Source: Epithemia pelagica (lineage: Eukaryota > Protista > Bacillariophyta). From it: a stretch of 64,000 bases of DNA. Positions 43,194 through 55,232 of this stretch are shown here, piece by piece. The first letter of the stretch is position 1. Every line of letters begins with the position of its first letter. The DNA is taken from positions 3,038,001-3,102,000 of the forward strand of contig OX337228.1 of NCBI GenBank assembly GCA_946965045.2. Direction: 5' to 3'. The position numbers and the translations under genes are program-made. Below the pieces are notes generated by a model that was not told where the DNA came from, ran no database searches, and saw only the letters and a program-made list of their open reading frames with translations.

Positions 43194-44684
43194 CTATGCA
43201 GCATTCACAGCTTCTAACACTTCGTCGGCCAAGGTCATGTCGGTTCCACGTTCCGCTTCCGCTCTACGAATGGAGAGATATCCTTGAAGGAGTGTTTTGG
43301 GGATGGTTTCTTGCAAAAACGGATTATTTTCCAAGAGATCCAAACTTTCCGTTACCGTTTGTGATAAGAGTACTTGTCCTTCGACTTCCTTGCCAGTATT
43401 GGAATCGTATCGAGGTGGACGCAAGGTCATTTCGTGTTCGATTCCCCGTATTCCGCAGGCCACGATCCCTGTCAAGGCCAAATACAGGTTGGCCGTATTG
43501 TCGCACAGTTTGTATTCCACATGATTCCATCCCATACTATGTTGCGAACCAAAAGAAGAAGAAGAAGAAGACGCAATGCTTCCAGCCACGACACGAAGGG
43601 GAGATTCCTTATCGTCATACGACCAATTCACGGACGACCCAGTCCAACATCCAGGACCAACACGACGAAACGAATTGGTCGTGGGCAATGTCAAGGCCAG
43701 CAGGGATGGTAAATGAGAAAGAATGCCTTCCATGAAGGATTGTCCCATGATACTCATGGATGGACTGGTCGCTTCTTGTGTGGTTTCTGCTGGAGACACT
43801 GGAAAGAGATTTTGACCCGTTTTCAAGTCGTACATGGAAAGGTGTAAATGACATCCATTTCCTGCTTTCATGGGATCTATTTTCGGTAGAAAGACAGCCT
43901 TGAGTCCATGCGTTCGAGCCAGAGCAGAAATGGTTTCACGTGCCAAAAAGACCTTGTCGGCCAAGAGGACTGGATCTGGACAGTAGCGCAAGACCACTTC
44001 CAATTGTCCCGGCCCTGATTCGGACAAGACATTTTCCACCACAATGCCCTGTTGAAGGAGCTGATCGTGCAATGTCGACAAAAAGTCCTGCTGTGAATTC
44101 AGCACATGCGAATGCGCAAAATTGCAAACATCCACGGGTTTGTTGGTTTCGGCATAGTACAAGGTCACCTCCAGTTCGGCTCCCACATTAATGCCAATCC
44201 CATGCTTTGTTGTCACTCTAGACATGAGACGCTGCAAGAGAGAGCGACAACACAAATCTGACGTCTTGGATGGTTCTGGTTGAAAGGGATCTCGTAAATT
44301 GCCCAAAACGACGGCTGCCGATGGCGCGTAGGGCAAGACGACAAAGGTTGTGAAATCGGGTTCCAGACTCACAACGCCACGGGCATCCAATCCAGAATCA
44401 GCCTGCATATAATCTCCAAAGGAAGGCAAACCTGCCATGACAACACTGGCAAACTGGACTTGGAAAGACAGTGCAGAAGTCTGACCTTGATGTTTCTGTT
44501 GCTGCTGTAGCAAAAAGGAAACCGGAACGCATTTAATGCGTGGATTATTGGCCGCATCCAAGGCTTGGTAACGGATATATTTGACGCCGGAAACTTGTAA
44601 AGTTCGAAGCAAGGCACCAAATAGGGCCGTCGAAGCACTGTCTGTTGTTGGAGGGAGAAGTGTCGCGGACGTGGTTGATGACAT
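43194..44684 (-). CDS. Glutamine synthetase type I-like ligase (FluG/NodGS/gamma-glutamyl-amine ligase-like)
   Basis: YIRYQALD, GAELE, ESGPGQLEV, AVFLPK...AGNGCHLHLSM, PTTNSFRRVGPGCWTG, KESPLRV, VEYKLCDNTANLYLAL. Confidence 0.85.
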   Translation of the reverse strand: MSSTTSATLLPPTTDSASTALFGALLRTLQVSGVKYIRYQALDAANNPRIKCVPVSFLLQQQQKHQGQTSALSFQVQFASVVMAGLPSFGDYMQADSGLDARGVVSLEPDFTTFVVLPYAPSAAVVLGNLRDPFQPEPSKTSDLCCRSLLQRLMSRVTTKHGIGINVGAELEVTLYYAETNKPVDVCNFAHSHVLNSQQDFLSTLHDQLLQQGIVVENVLSESGPGQLEVVLRYCPDPVLLADKVFLARETISALARTHGLKAVFLPKIDPMKAGNGCHLHLSMYDLKTGQNLFPVSPAETTQEATSPSMSIMGQSFMEGILSHLPSLLALTLPTTNSFRRVGPGCWTGSSVNWSYDDKESPLRVVAGSIASSSSSSFGSQHSMGWNHVEYKLCDNTANLYLALTGIVACGIRGIEHEMTLRPPRYDSNTGKEVEGQVLLSQTVTESLDLLENNPFLQETIPKTLLQGYLSIRRAEAERGTDMTLADEVLEAVNAA

Positions 44685-45306
44685 GATTAGGATTGGAATG
44701 GGGTTTCGATCTGGATAAGTCGCTGTGATCTTTCAAGCTTTTGCCTTTTTTTAGTTCAATTTGATTTGTGCTCCTCTCTATCTTCGTGTGTTGGTGCCGT
44801 CTATTGATTCATTGATTTTACCTCGATCCGCGAGATGCAAATCCCTGCAAAAAGTGCGTCCAGTGTCCGGTGCCCGGTTGTGGTTCTGCCCGCATCCTGC
44901 ATCCCAATCACAATCACAGAGTGAACCTGCTCGTCTCCAACTATGCCTATAACCGTAACAGTTATACCGTATTGCCATCCATCCATTTACTTGCAATGGA
45001 AAATCAAAACTGAACCAACAATCTGTACTTATCAAAAATTGCCCCCTTTTACTTTAACCAAGTGAAGATGATTATTTTTCTACTTAATATGTTTATGCCC
45101 CTTCGCCAAAATTTCAGCCACGTAAGTACTTTTGCTGTTAAATGGAATATTTATTTTATTTAGACATTCAGAAGCAACAAAGGCTACCTGCCCCGTGTTC
45201 GTGTTCCGTGTTCCGCTATCCGCCATCAAAATGATCTTGGAACTTGGAACAATTCATTTGGACAGTTAGAGGAGAAGAAGTTTGAGGTTGTCGACACTCG
45301 AAGACC

Positions 45307-48300
45307 ATGTCTTTTATCTTCTCCAAGAATGATTCGTTCCAGAAGAAAAGCAGAGTGAAAAGTGGAAGCAATGGCATGTTTACTTCGACGTCCTCTGAGA
45401 TTTCTCAGCTGACATCGCCACCACCTTTTTCGCCGTCGTCGCCGTCCAGAAATGCCGTTGGGTTGTCCTATTCGTCGTCCAGGACGTCTGTGGAAGCCTT
45501 TCCCGTGGAAGATTCTTGTCTAGAGGGAAATCTCAAGATGCGCAAGGGTCGTTCAACAGGTCATGGATCGGTAAAGTGGAAGGAACATTTTGTCCACTTT
45601 CGATTTCGTGATGGAGGATCTCTTGCAGTCTACGAAGGATCGCCGCCAGAGTCGCCTCGACATGGAGGGTCCTTCACGGAACAAGAACTCGGGGCACATT
45701 CCAAACTGGTCGTGTTTATTGGCAATGACTTGCCCTGGGTGGCCAAGGATGTTCATAATTCGTAAGTGCTTCACTGCCAGCAGAACGCGTAATATTGTTG
45801 CTGTTGGTGCTCGTGGAGAGTCATGGAGCGCCTCGCACTGCGACTGATTTTCGTTTGATGGGGACGGTGGTTGCTGGGCCTTTGTTATAATGTCGATCTT
45901 GAAGGACCCTTCTCAATAGATTTTTTGTGTTGCAATTTTTCCTTCATGCAGTGCATCCACTTTTGCCATTGAAGTTCCGACCAAATCCACGCTCGGTCGA
46001 CAGGAATCGTTTCACATTAGAGCAGACACCTACATTCAAGATGGACAGGATGACACGATTGATCACTCGCTGTCTCATCCAGGAGGAGCTGACCACAATA
46101 ACGACAACGAAGATGACATTGTTAGTGTGGCTGCCGCCAGTGTAGCCACCCAAGAGTTGAACGCTGAACTTGCCAATGCGAGACGAAAGGGGAAGCCAGT
46201 TCGGATCTATTTCAAATGCGCCCAAGGAAGCAATGAAAAGGCTTTGTGGCTCGATGCCTTCTCGGTTGTTCAACGCATGTCCAAAGATTCCAGACGGAGC
46301 ATAGGTATTCGCAGCTTGTTGGCCAACAATGTCAAAGTGATTCGCCCTCATCGTGGCCGAGCGCGCACACGATCTTCTAGCGTTGAAGAAATGGTGCCCA
46401 ACAGTGTTGACATGGAAGAAAGTAGCATGATCGAGTTCTTTGATAGCACTGGAGAAGATAATATGGATGAGATTTCCATGCGCGTCCACCATCTGTATTA
46501 TGGTCTGCCAATGAAGAAAAAGGAACAAAAGGAATATAAGGTAATTCCAGGCTATGCTTATCCTCATCGATGGATGTCAGTCCGTGAACTTTATGGCGAA
46601 ATGATGCTGCAATCCACTGTCTTTCACGATTTGCGGCAGGCCGATCGTTCCGGAGAAGAAATTGGTCACTTGCGCATCGAAGTGTTGCAAGCCATTGGTC
46701 TACCACGATTGGATATGGCGTCGGACACGGATGCCGTTGTATATCTAGTCTGTGGACCACATGCCTTTGCCACTGATGTCATTCCCGATCGGACCAATCC
46801 CATGTGGCTGCGCAAAACCCGACGAGCCTGTATCTTTCCACTCTATCACGGTTACGCACGTGTTTACGTTGGTGTTTTTGACGACGATGGTGAGAAAGCC
46901 AAGGATGACTTTGCTGGCCGGGTTGTGTTGGATGTGGCACGATTACGAGCCAATTCGCAGTATGATGTCCTTTTGCCCCTGCGAATGTCATCACAAGCCT
47001 ATGCCAGGCGACCAAGAGGGTCCATTCGACTTCGATTTACCTTGACGTGGAAAAACGAAAAGGATGTCATGCTCTCCTATCTTCCCAAAAAGTTTAAAGT
47101 GGTACCTCCCATGCGAGCAAAACCCGACTACTCCACTTCGATTCCCTGTGCCGATGCCAAAGCCTTTAGGAACGTGGCTTTCACCGTACACGGCACGGAC
47201 ATGCCGGGTCGATTCAAATTGTCAAAAATCAAGGCTGCGATCAGAGAAGTTACATTTACCATTCGATTCGTGAGGCTGACGATCCAACAAGAATTGAAAG
47301 ATATCAAGACTTGGATCAATCCTTCCATTTCGGCATTCGTCTTTTGTGCATGGATGCATTGCATTCTAAAAAGTTCCTGTTCTTTGGTCCCGGGCTATTT
47401 TGGTGTCTTTGTTCTGCTACAGTTTGTTCGGACGTATGCGCTTTATGCTGTAGAGGGGCCTACACAGGCAGGCTTTGTGGCTCCGACATGGGAAGAAATG
47501 ACGGAAGTAATGATCCGGCCTCGCTCGGCGAGTTCGATTGAACCACTAGTGATGCAACGCCAAACGCTGGACTCGGTTCGGATCGAGACACATAAACCAT
47601 TGGGTCGATTTCTCTTTCAGTGTTTGGGATTTCTTCCCTGGGATGATGACCTCAAAGAGAACGATAAAAGAGTATCGAACCCAAATCGGTTGCATTTAGA
47701 GTTCCCGTTTGCCAGCGGGGATGTGTACGAAAAATTTTGCGTGAAAGACTGTTTGGCCGACATTAAACTCAACGACGATAATCAAGACGACGAGGCGGCT
47801 GAAGCGAAGGAATTTGATGATTCCTCTGCGACCAAGAATCTATCCAGTTCTGGATCGAACCGGCCTGCCAAACGATGGATTTCTTCCGCAGCATCCTCAT
47901 CGAAACAAGCCGAAGATACGTCGGAAGAAAACGAAGACGAAGAAAAGGAGGAGGTTCAAAGTGTGGGCCAAAGCGTATCAACCGACAACGACGACGAACC
48001 AATCCATGACGATCAACCCTTGGTCACCGAGATGAATACGATGTTCAATTCTGTTCGACACGGTGCTGAGACATTAGCCCATGCTCTTCCCATTCGAAAA
48101 GAACAAGATATGAATTGGAAATCGGGCAAATCCAACAAAGATGAGAAATTGACAGATACGATCGATGGGATTACATACAAGTTGCACGCTCTGACATGGC
48201 ATGCATTTAACGATAGTGTGTACGACATTAAGGATCCCAAAAGTACCTACTTTGGCGAACCCATAAAGGCCGAAAAGCATCAAAAGAGAAAGAGAAAGAA

Positions 48301-49090
48301 AACTATCAATCGGAAACTCAACAAACTTTTGGGAGTGCGGGAGTTTTCACACGTGAGCGCGATTGTCTCTCAGCTGGGGCTTTTCGTGGAACCCTTCATC
48401 GGGGTAGCGTATGGATATCTATCGGCCTTTCGCGCCGTGTTTAATATTGGAACATGGCAAGATCCGTACTTGACGTTTCTTTGTACCAGCGCCATTGCAG
48501 CTGTGACGGTTGTCTTGTTTTTGGTTCCATGGCGTCCCGTGCTCTTTGGAGTTGGCATATGGTTTGTAGGTCCTCAGAATTGGGTGGTTCGAAAACTGCG
48601 AGAACGAGGAACCTTGCGGCCCCTCAAACGAAAAGAACACAAAGAAGAAGTGAAGGAGTATGTGCCGCCATCACAACAATCCATATTTCACAGTCACAAG
48701 CGACAGGACAACAGTCAGCCAACAACGTCTAGTCGTGATGTGGATGTCCATCAAGTCCAACACATTGTTGTTCCATACAGCCAATTCATGTACCAACGAA
48801 TTTATGACTGGCCGCCAGAAAAGCAATACTCGAGCGTGATTCCTACGGCGAAACGACAGTTGGAACGCGAACTGTCGTCCTTGAGTCTGACAAGTCGATC
48901 CACTCTCGCGAATAGTGGTCGGAAGATCCATGACTCTGCTTCACCATCTTCTTCGTCCGTGTCGTCGGCGTCATCATCCCGGTTTCCTCGCCTTCAACGA
49001 TTGCGTCGTCGCTTGCGCCACAGTCAGAAGGGTGATAAGGACGATCTGTCCAAGTTGTCCGAAGGACCGGAATCGGGCGAAGAAATGTAA
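45307..49090 (+). CDS. PH + C2-domain multi-pass membrane protein (MCTP-like); exons 45307-45761 and 45952-49090; 1197 aa
   Basis: Intron 45762-45951 (GTAAGT...CAG) keeps the frame; split PH-like domain (LEGNLKMRK...WKEHFVHF...EKALWLDAF); C2 domain GHLRIEVLQAIGLP...NPMW...VGVFDDDG..DDFAGRV; C-terminal WQDPYLTF...VGPQNW membrane region. Confidence 0.8.
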
Positions 49091-49419
49091 TGCGGTCTTC
49101 AAGAGTGTCCTCAGTGTTGCTCTATATTTTGATTCATCCATTTCTACGTCTATCGTATATTCTGCGCTAGGAAAAAGACGAGTTGCTAAATAATCATTTG
49201 CACGATTAGCTATCTCATGATCATGTCACCTGAGTTCACTCCGATAACGTCTTCGCATATTGCGGCTTTGCTTGCCCAGACCTAGAATGGAAAATGGAGT
49301 ACGGTGGCCCTGCACCATGACTCGAGAGCTAGCTACTGCTAGGAGGAGGTACAAAGACTCCACCATGCCCTTGTTGTCGGAGTTATGTTTGGTATTGGTG
49401 TCTGTAGCTGCATCTTCCT

Positions 49420-49825
49420 CTACGAGACCCTCAAGGGAGGACTGACCAAGACGATGACATCCCCTCGAACAAAGAGCATTCCCACTCTTCGCACGGCCTT
49501 TTTGATAATTTCTTCATCAGTTTCCGGATCAACTTCTTTGGTGGTTACGGTTTCTTCGACATCCCCTAATATGACATTCAAATGTTGATCATAGGCCTGC
49601 GGTAGTAAACACGGCGATACCAACCACAGTCCGCATGGACGAGTCCAAGATATTTTTGTGAGTGTGAGATGCATTCTGGATTCTTCACTCTGGAAACACA
49701 ATCCCATCGAATGTTTCATCCGGGGTACTTACATGGAGTTTGCCTCGTAGTTCTCGATCTCCCCTACATTTGATGTAGACACGTTCGTCAATCGAAAGAC
49801 GAATCAGATCCAAAGGTTCCTCCAT
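49420..49825 (-). CDS. LSM3: U6 snRNA-associated Sm-like protein LSm3; exons 49825-49733 and 49596-49420; 89 aa
   Basis: [31 protein letters not shown]|[16 protein letters not shown]...[17 protein letters not shown]; intron GTAAGT...CAG. Confidence 0.96.
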
Positions 49826-50205
49826 GGTCGTCTTTTGACAGCAGTAGGTGGTGGATGAAAACTACTGCGAGAGGCAAAAGGACAGACGGTATAGGCTGCA
49901 GTTTGGGCTTAAGTCTTTCCTTTTGAGAATCGCGCATCGGCTCGCTCACGCGTACGGGCCATTCTCACAGCAATTTCCATGGGGACCAGCATGGAGCTGC
50001 GAAACACAAAACGCAACGTCCGCTCTTCGCTTTATATGCAATGGCCCTTCATTGATCCTCTGCCTTTGTTGTGCTACAAAGAGCCGTCGTCGTCTCTGTT
50101 GTTCACTGACTTGTGCAATCCTTGCCAGGCTTGTCTAGACGAAGAAGCCGACTGGAGCAGGATTTGTGTGTGCTCAAGCTTTTATATATATCTTGACAAT
50201 CCTCA

Positions 50206-51669
50206 ATGGTCGCATTCTCATCGTTGTCGTCCCCCGGGATGTTCAAGCACAAGCTTGATCCGACGGCGGTGTTGCGTCGTGCATCGACGATTCCAGGATG
50301 CAAGAGTGTTCCTGTTCCCAATTCTCCCTTGATTTGCAGTTTCCTGGTGGGACTGCAAGACTCATCCTCGCAACAACAACAATCTCATTCCTCCAACCTG
50401 CCACAACGCGATCCCAGTCAGTTGGCACGGATCAGTGTGTTTACAGATACAGGAACTGTTTCGGTGGGTCGCATCTTGCAAGGCAATCTGCGACAAGTCT
50501 TTCGACGCAATGTCACCTCCCTCGATACCATTGAAGAACTATTAAGAGATCCACCACAATTGACCGCCATAGACGAATCGCTGATATCGACGAGCAATTC
50601 TAAATCCGCGTCGTCGAGCATGGCCATGACGGCTGCGTCTTTTTTCTCGACCTCGTCACGAAGTTCACAACTGCAACAAACACAATTGGAATTGGTTCAA
50701 GCAGGCTCTGCCATTTTAAAGGGAGAACGAGAAAAACTACAAGCTCATGTTTCGGCGTTGGAGCAATATCAACGCGATCTCAAAGCACACAAATTGAATG
50801 CTGCTGCTGCAGCCGTGGCGGGCGGAGCTCGGACACCAACTGGCAAGGACTACTCGGCAGCAACATCTTCGATGGAACCCCCGGGTGCCTCTGCAACTAC
50901 CCCCTCTCATCCTCCGTCGTCCACGGCCGCCGCGGCAGCAAGTCCTGCCGTAGACGCTTCCAGCAATCCATCTGCCGGACTGAGTGGAATGGAATTTCAG
51001 TTTAGTTTACCACCTGACGCTATGAAAGACGTGGATCGTTGTTTGACGGACATTCACAGTATGGGCAAATTGGTCCGCAAGGTCGCCACCAACGGTCGAG
51101 GTACTGTCTTTTTGTATGGAAATGGCGGTGTGGCATACACACCTCAAATTCCCAAGGCCTTGTATCATCGTTTGTCCCAACTACGGCATTCCAGTTATGA
51201 ACATCGGCCGGCCTATGTCAGTTTGGGTAGTCGCGATCGGTACTATTGCAGTTTTCACGATGGATCCTATGCCTTTAAGGGTCCCAAGGGCTTGGATCGA
51301 GAATTGAAAAAGGCCAAGCGACAACCGGTATCCGTGGCCTTTGGATCAACCTACGATACCTTTGCTGTTGTTTTTGCCGATGGATCGTGGAAATGCGGTG
51401 GACGGGCTGTCCCACCGGAATTTGAAGAACGATTGGGGAAGCGACGAGACATTCAAACGGTCAATTTGGGACCAGAAGGGGAATGGTTTCTCAAACTCAA
51501 GCCACAATTGCCACAACCTACAATCCAGGCTCCCCCCTCCAAAAAGATGTGGTGGGGTGGCATTCACTCCGAGCTCGAAGCAGCTATTGAAGATTTGTTG
51601 CATGCCGGACATCAATTACATTTCTTGGACTTCGGAGAAGAAGGAAGCTACTTTGTAAGTTATGATTAG
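50206..51669 (+). CDS. Hypothetical two-domain protein with about five C-terminal beta/helix pseudo-repeats
   Basis: 487-aa ORF; repeats such as LGSRDRYYCSFHDGS, FGSTYDTFAVVFADGS, LGPEGEWFL, FGEEGSYFV. Confidence 0.75.
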   Translation: MVAFSSLSSPGMFKHKLDPTAVLRRASTIPGCKSVPVPNSPLICSFLVGLQDSSSQQQQSHSSNLPQRDPSQLARISVFTDTGTVSVGRILQGNLRQVFRRNVTSLDTIEELLRDPPQLTAIDESLISTSNSKSASSSMAMTAASFFSTSSRSSQLQQTQLELVQAGSAILKGEREKLQAHVSALEQYQRDLKAHKLNAAAAAVAGGARTPTGKDYSAATSSMEPPGASATTPSHPPSSTAAAAASPAVDASSNPSAGLSGMEFQFSLPPDAMKDVDRCLTDIHSMGKLVRKVATNGRGTVFLYGNGGVAYTPQIPKALYHRLSQLRHSSYEHRPAYVSLGSRDRYYCSFHDGSYAFKGPKGLDRELKKAKRQPVSVAFGSTYDTFAVVFADGSWKCGGRAVPPEFEERLGKRRDIQTVNLGPEGEWFLKLKPQLPQPTIQAPPSKKMWWGGIHSELEAAIEDLLHAGHQLHFLDFGEEGSYFVSYD

Positions 51670-51828
51670 AGGGACGAAAGGATCTCTTGTACGAGTAGTT
51701 TACATATACTAGGTAGGTAGGCCTCAATAACCGTCAGATTTTTTGGTGCGTTGGATCGCGCACCGCGCACCCTTTGCTATCTGGGTCTGGGGTAAAATAG
51801 GAGAATAAGCATATAGATAACCCATAAT

Positions 51829-51856
51829 TACTCCTCTATTTTATTTTGTAGGAGTA
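51829..51856. promoter_or_regulatory. Inverted pair TACTCCT-(14 nt)-AGGAGTA
   Basis: At 51829-51835 and 51850-51856, 55-80 bp upstream of the TBC gene ATG. Confidence 0.4.
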
Positions 51857-51910
51857 TTGTATCGAGACCCGTGGCCTTGCTGCGGCAATAGACCAGAAAG
51901 AACGATCACC

Positions 51911-53359
51911 ATGACATCCATCAATCTTCCCAGTTTTCTTCGACGAACATTACGCATGAACTATGACGAAGAAGAGGAGGAAGATCATGATGTTGACCGT
52001 ACAGAAGAAAGTCCTGCGACGGTTCGCAGCTCACAAGATACAACTAAGGCCTCCGCACCTCAACAGCTGCAAGTCGACGAAGAAACATCGACCGAGTCAT
52101 CATTGTCTGCCAAGGACACGACTTCTCCCAACAGCCATTCCCCCTCACATACTGCCCCGAATCCTTCTGCCGGTAAGCCTCAGTCAGAGGCCGACCATCA
52201 TGCTGAAAAACAAGACGGTGAAAGAGAAATGCAACAACCAAAAAAGGGTTCCATAAATTCTGATCCATCACTGGATGCGAAATTGGAAAACAACAAAGAC
52301 ATGTCAAACACCAGTGGTCCAGAATCACCCTCCCCTTCGTTCTCGCCAAGACAAAAATCCTATCGAGAAGTTCAATTCGAAAAAGTCATGTCGGCGAACG
52401 TGGTGAACATGGAAGAACTGCGGAAATTGTCATGGAATGGTGTACCCCCTTCCCATCGTGCATTGGCCTGGAAGATCTTGTTAGGCTACGTTCCCACTAA
52501 TCGGTCTCGTCGACAGGCCAGCTTACAACGCAAACGAGCGGAATATAGAGACGCCATTGCGCAACACTATGACATTGATGATGATTCTCGGACGGCCCAA
52601 GAACAAGAAACCTTGCGACAAGTTCTGGTCGATGTCCCACGGACGGCACCCGAGGTTCCCTTGTTTCGGAATGATCGGATTCGACGGCTGTTGTCACGAT
52701 TATTATATATTTGGGCCATGCGACACCCTGCCAGTTCCTACGTACAGGGGATCAATGATTTGGCCACTCCCCTGTTAGTTGTATTCTTGTCCGAGTACTA
52801 TGAGGGTGAGAATGTGTTGGATGGCCAAGTCATGAATCAGATTGCGGATACTCAATTGCATGAATTGGAAGCCGATGTGTATGGTTGTTTGACCAATTTA
52901 CTGGCTGGCATTCAAGATCACTATACATCGGACCAACCGGGGGTCCAACGTATGGTGATGAGATTAGAGGAACTGGTACAGCGAATCGACGGTGATCTTT
53001 GTCAACATTTGAGTGAGACGGGGATTGAATTTATCCAGTTTGCCTTCAAATGGATGAATTGTCTCTTGTTGCGTGAGTTTGAGTTACCCTGTGTGGTCCG
53101 ATTGTGGGATACGTACATTAGTGAACAGGACAATGGCTTTGAAGGCTTTCATGTCTACGTCTGTGCGGCATTTTTGTGTCAGTTCAGTGCGCAATTACAG
53201 GCCATGAGCTTTGATGAGCTGTTTGCGTTCATGCAAGCCATGCCCACCTCCGATTGGGGCGATACTGAAATTGAGATGCTCCTCAGTCAAGCATATGTCT
53301 TGAGTACTCTCTTTGGAGGGAGTGACGCTCATCTAACGGCCAACACACCTCGAATGTAG
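51911..53359 (+). CDS. TBC1D22: TBC-domain Rab GAP, TBC1D22/Gyp1 type
   Basis: ELRKLSWNGVP, WKILLGY, VDVPRT (Arg finger), WAMRHPASSYVQGINDL (Gln finger), QFAFKWMNCLLLREF, RLWDTY. Confidence 0.93.
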   Translation: MTSINLPSFLRRTLRMNYDEEEEEDHDVDRTEESPATVRSSQDTTKASAPQQLQVDEETSTESSLSAKDTTSPNSHSPSHTAPNPSAGKPQSEADHHAEKQDGEREMQQPKKGSINSDPSLDAKLENNKDMSNTSGPESPSPSFSPRQKSYREVQFEKVMSANVVNMEELRKLSWNGVPPSHRALAWKILLGYVPTNRSRRQASLQRKRAEYRDAIAQHYDIDDDSRTAQEQETLRQVLVDVPRTAPEVPLFRNDRIRRLLSRLLYIWAMRHPASSYVQGINDLATPLLVVFLSEYYEGENVLDGQVMNQIADTQLHELEADVYGCLTNLLAGIQDHYTSDQPGVQRMVMRLEELVQRIDGDLCQHLSETGIEFIQFAFKWMNCLLLREFELPCVVRLWDTYISEQDNGFEGFHVYVCAAFLCQFSAQLQAMSFDELFAFMQAMPTSDWGDTEIEMLLSQAYVLSTLFGGSDAHLTANTPRM

Positions 53360-53666
53360 AACAACAACCGTATCAATAGAGAAAGAATCTGTCACTACCT
53401 TAGCTTCGGACTACTGCGGCAACCCGAACTAAAATTCACGGCGCAATCAAACTCGAAAGCGGAGTTACATGGACTCTCGTTAAGTGACAGGGGTTGATTC
53501 AGAACCCAACTTTGGACACCATGTAACTCTTGTTTACTGTATTCCCATTGGTACTCCATATCGAGAACAGCAGGCGGCAGTCAACAGAACACCCCCTTCC
53601 AAAACAGATTTATTGGTCATCCACAAGATTAACGTTAGTCTCTCTCCTTGAAAGGCTTAAAAGATA

Positions 53667-54707
53667 TTAGTCGACTTTCTTCGCCACAGCCTTGGCGGAA
53701 TGGACGAGACAGCTTGTGAGCATACCAACAGTCACAAACACTCCTCCGACAATGCTGATAAGAGAACTAAGAAAGACAAGAATGTTGTCTCTTCCTCCAT
53801 GATGGCGTACTGCAATGGGGGAGAAGTCGTATGATACCAACAACCCGGGCAACTGGGGGACTCCATGTGCCACAAGAGTGGCTGGCTGTACTTGGTGGTC
53901 TGTAACGGATAACTGGTACATAGACTTGGACTTCAGAATGCCTCGGTGGAGTTGGGTTGGCACTAGTTTGACTTCAATCTGTTCCAATGCGACGCCTCCA
54001 AATTTGTTTTCAATAAAATTGTACCGTCCTTCCAATGGTTTGTCGTTTGACAAAGGAAAGGAGTCACCAAAACGAATATAGTGAATGTAGTGGGTGACAT
54101 TGAATTGTGACATGCTCGCCTTAAAAGACGCCTCATTGCCTTCAATTCGACGGAGGGCCAACATGGAAGTCACCTCCGTCCACGCTAGTGAATTCAAAGA
54201 TACCACCAAACTCCCCGCCACCAACGGTATACGCATTTCTCCATCGGCCGTGCATCCCTTGGACGGTGCAAAGTGTTCTCGGCCAGTGCCTTTGGAGGAG
54301 ATAGTGGCGAGTTCCGATACTGTAGGTTGTCTCAGTGAGATGGAGTGACCCGGATGGTGTTTGCTGAGCTCATTGGAAGACAAGGATAAACCATCATGAA
54401 TCACATCCATTCGACTGCATCGAATATGAGGGAAGGTAACACGCACTTGTAGTGGAATAGTACCAATCCGATCCAATATTTTCGCTTGCAAAGGTGATAA
54501 ATCCAATGGGCGGATAGGAATGGATTTTGACGCCGCTAGATGGAGGGAATGCGTAGGACTTCCTCGAATATAGACAATTAATTGTCCCACAAAAAGGAGG
54601 AGTGCCGACGTGGCTGCAACGATCGTGATAATGCCTCCGACAGCACTTTTTGTCCTCATATCGGGACGCGTCTTGACAAAGGCATCGTATCTTCGCAATC
54701 CAGACAT
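53667..54707 (-). CDS. ER-Golgi intermediate compartment protein (ERGIC/Erv41-Erv46 family)
   Basis: LRRYDAFVK...GGIITI plus TM1; THYIHYIRFG; PGLLVSYDFSPIAV; FLSSLISIVGGVFVT (TM2); C-terminal KKVD. Confidence 0.9.
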   Translation of the reverse strand: MSGLRRYDAFVKTRPDMRTKSAVGGIITIVAATSALLLFVGQLIVYIRGSPTHSLHLAASKSIPIRPLDLSPLQAKILDRIGTIPLQVRVTFPHIRCSRMDVIHDGLSLSSNELSKHHPGHSISLRQPTVSELATISSKGTGREHFAPSKGCTADGEMRIPLVAGSLVVSLNSLAWTEVTSMLALRRIEGNEASFKASMSQFNVTHYIHYIRFGDSFPLSNDKPLEGRYNFIENKFGGVALEQIEVKLVPTQLHRGILKSKSMYQLSVTDHQVQPATLVAHGVPQLPGLLVSYDFSPIAVRHHGGRDNILVFLSSLISIVGGVFVTVGMLTSCLVHSAKAVAKKVD

Positions 54708-54852
54708 GATGAGCTAGAGGATTGTGTGTCAATTAACCGTCTCGTTAAGCTGTAGGCTACGAATCAGTTCAGAGTTCAATTCAGGAGATGTTGGTCTACT
54801 TTTAAGAGTCTCATTGTCGTAATGCCGATCTCCCACCCCCAATATTGTTGTT

Positions 54853-54860
54853 TAGGAGTA
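54853..54860 (+). promoter_or_regulatory. TAGGAGTA motif in a divergent promoter region
   Basis: About 150 bp upstream of the ERGIC ATG. Confidence 0.35.
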
Positions 54861-55232
54861 TAGATCTACCCCTGGACAAATCGTGAGAACGTGAGTCATG
54901 AGCATCATGAACCCAGAGAGACGGGCGTGGATCGCGTGCTCAAGACACCTTTTGGTCTTGGGATGTAATGCATGTGGTTTGATTCCGAACTAGCATAAGC
55001 CCTTCGTCCTACACTACTCGAAAATCACGAATGGATTTAGTTCGCAGAGAAAATGCCTGATCCCCTTTTTTGTTCCTACCGTCGATTGTCAAGACTTCAA
55101 CCGGGAAAGATCCAAAATATCTGTAGATGGCTTGGTCAAAGGTCGTTTTACGTAAACTCCATTTTACTCTTCTGCAAATCCCAACTCCAGAGTGAACAGG
55201 GATTCATCTCATTCCCTATAGGCGACTTCCCG

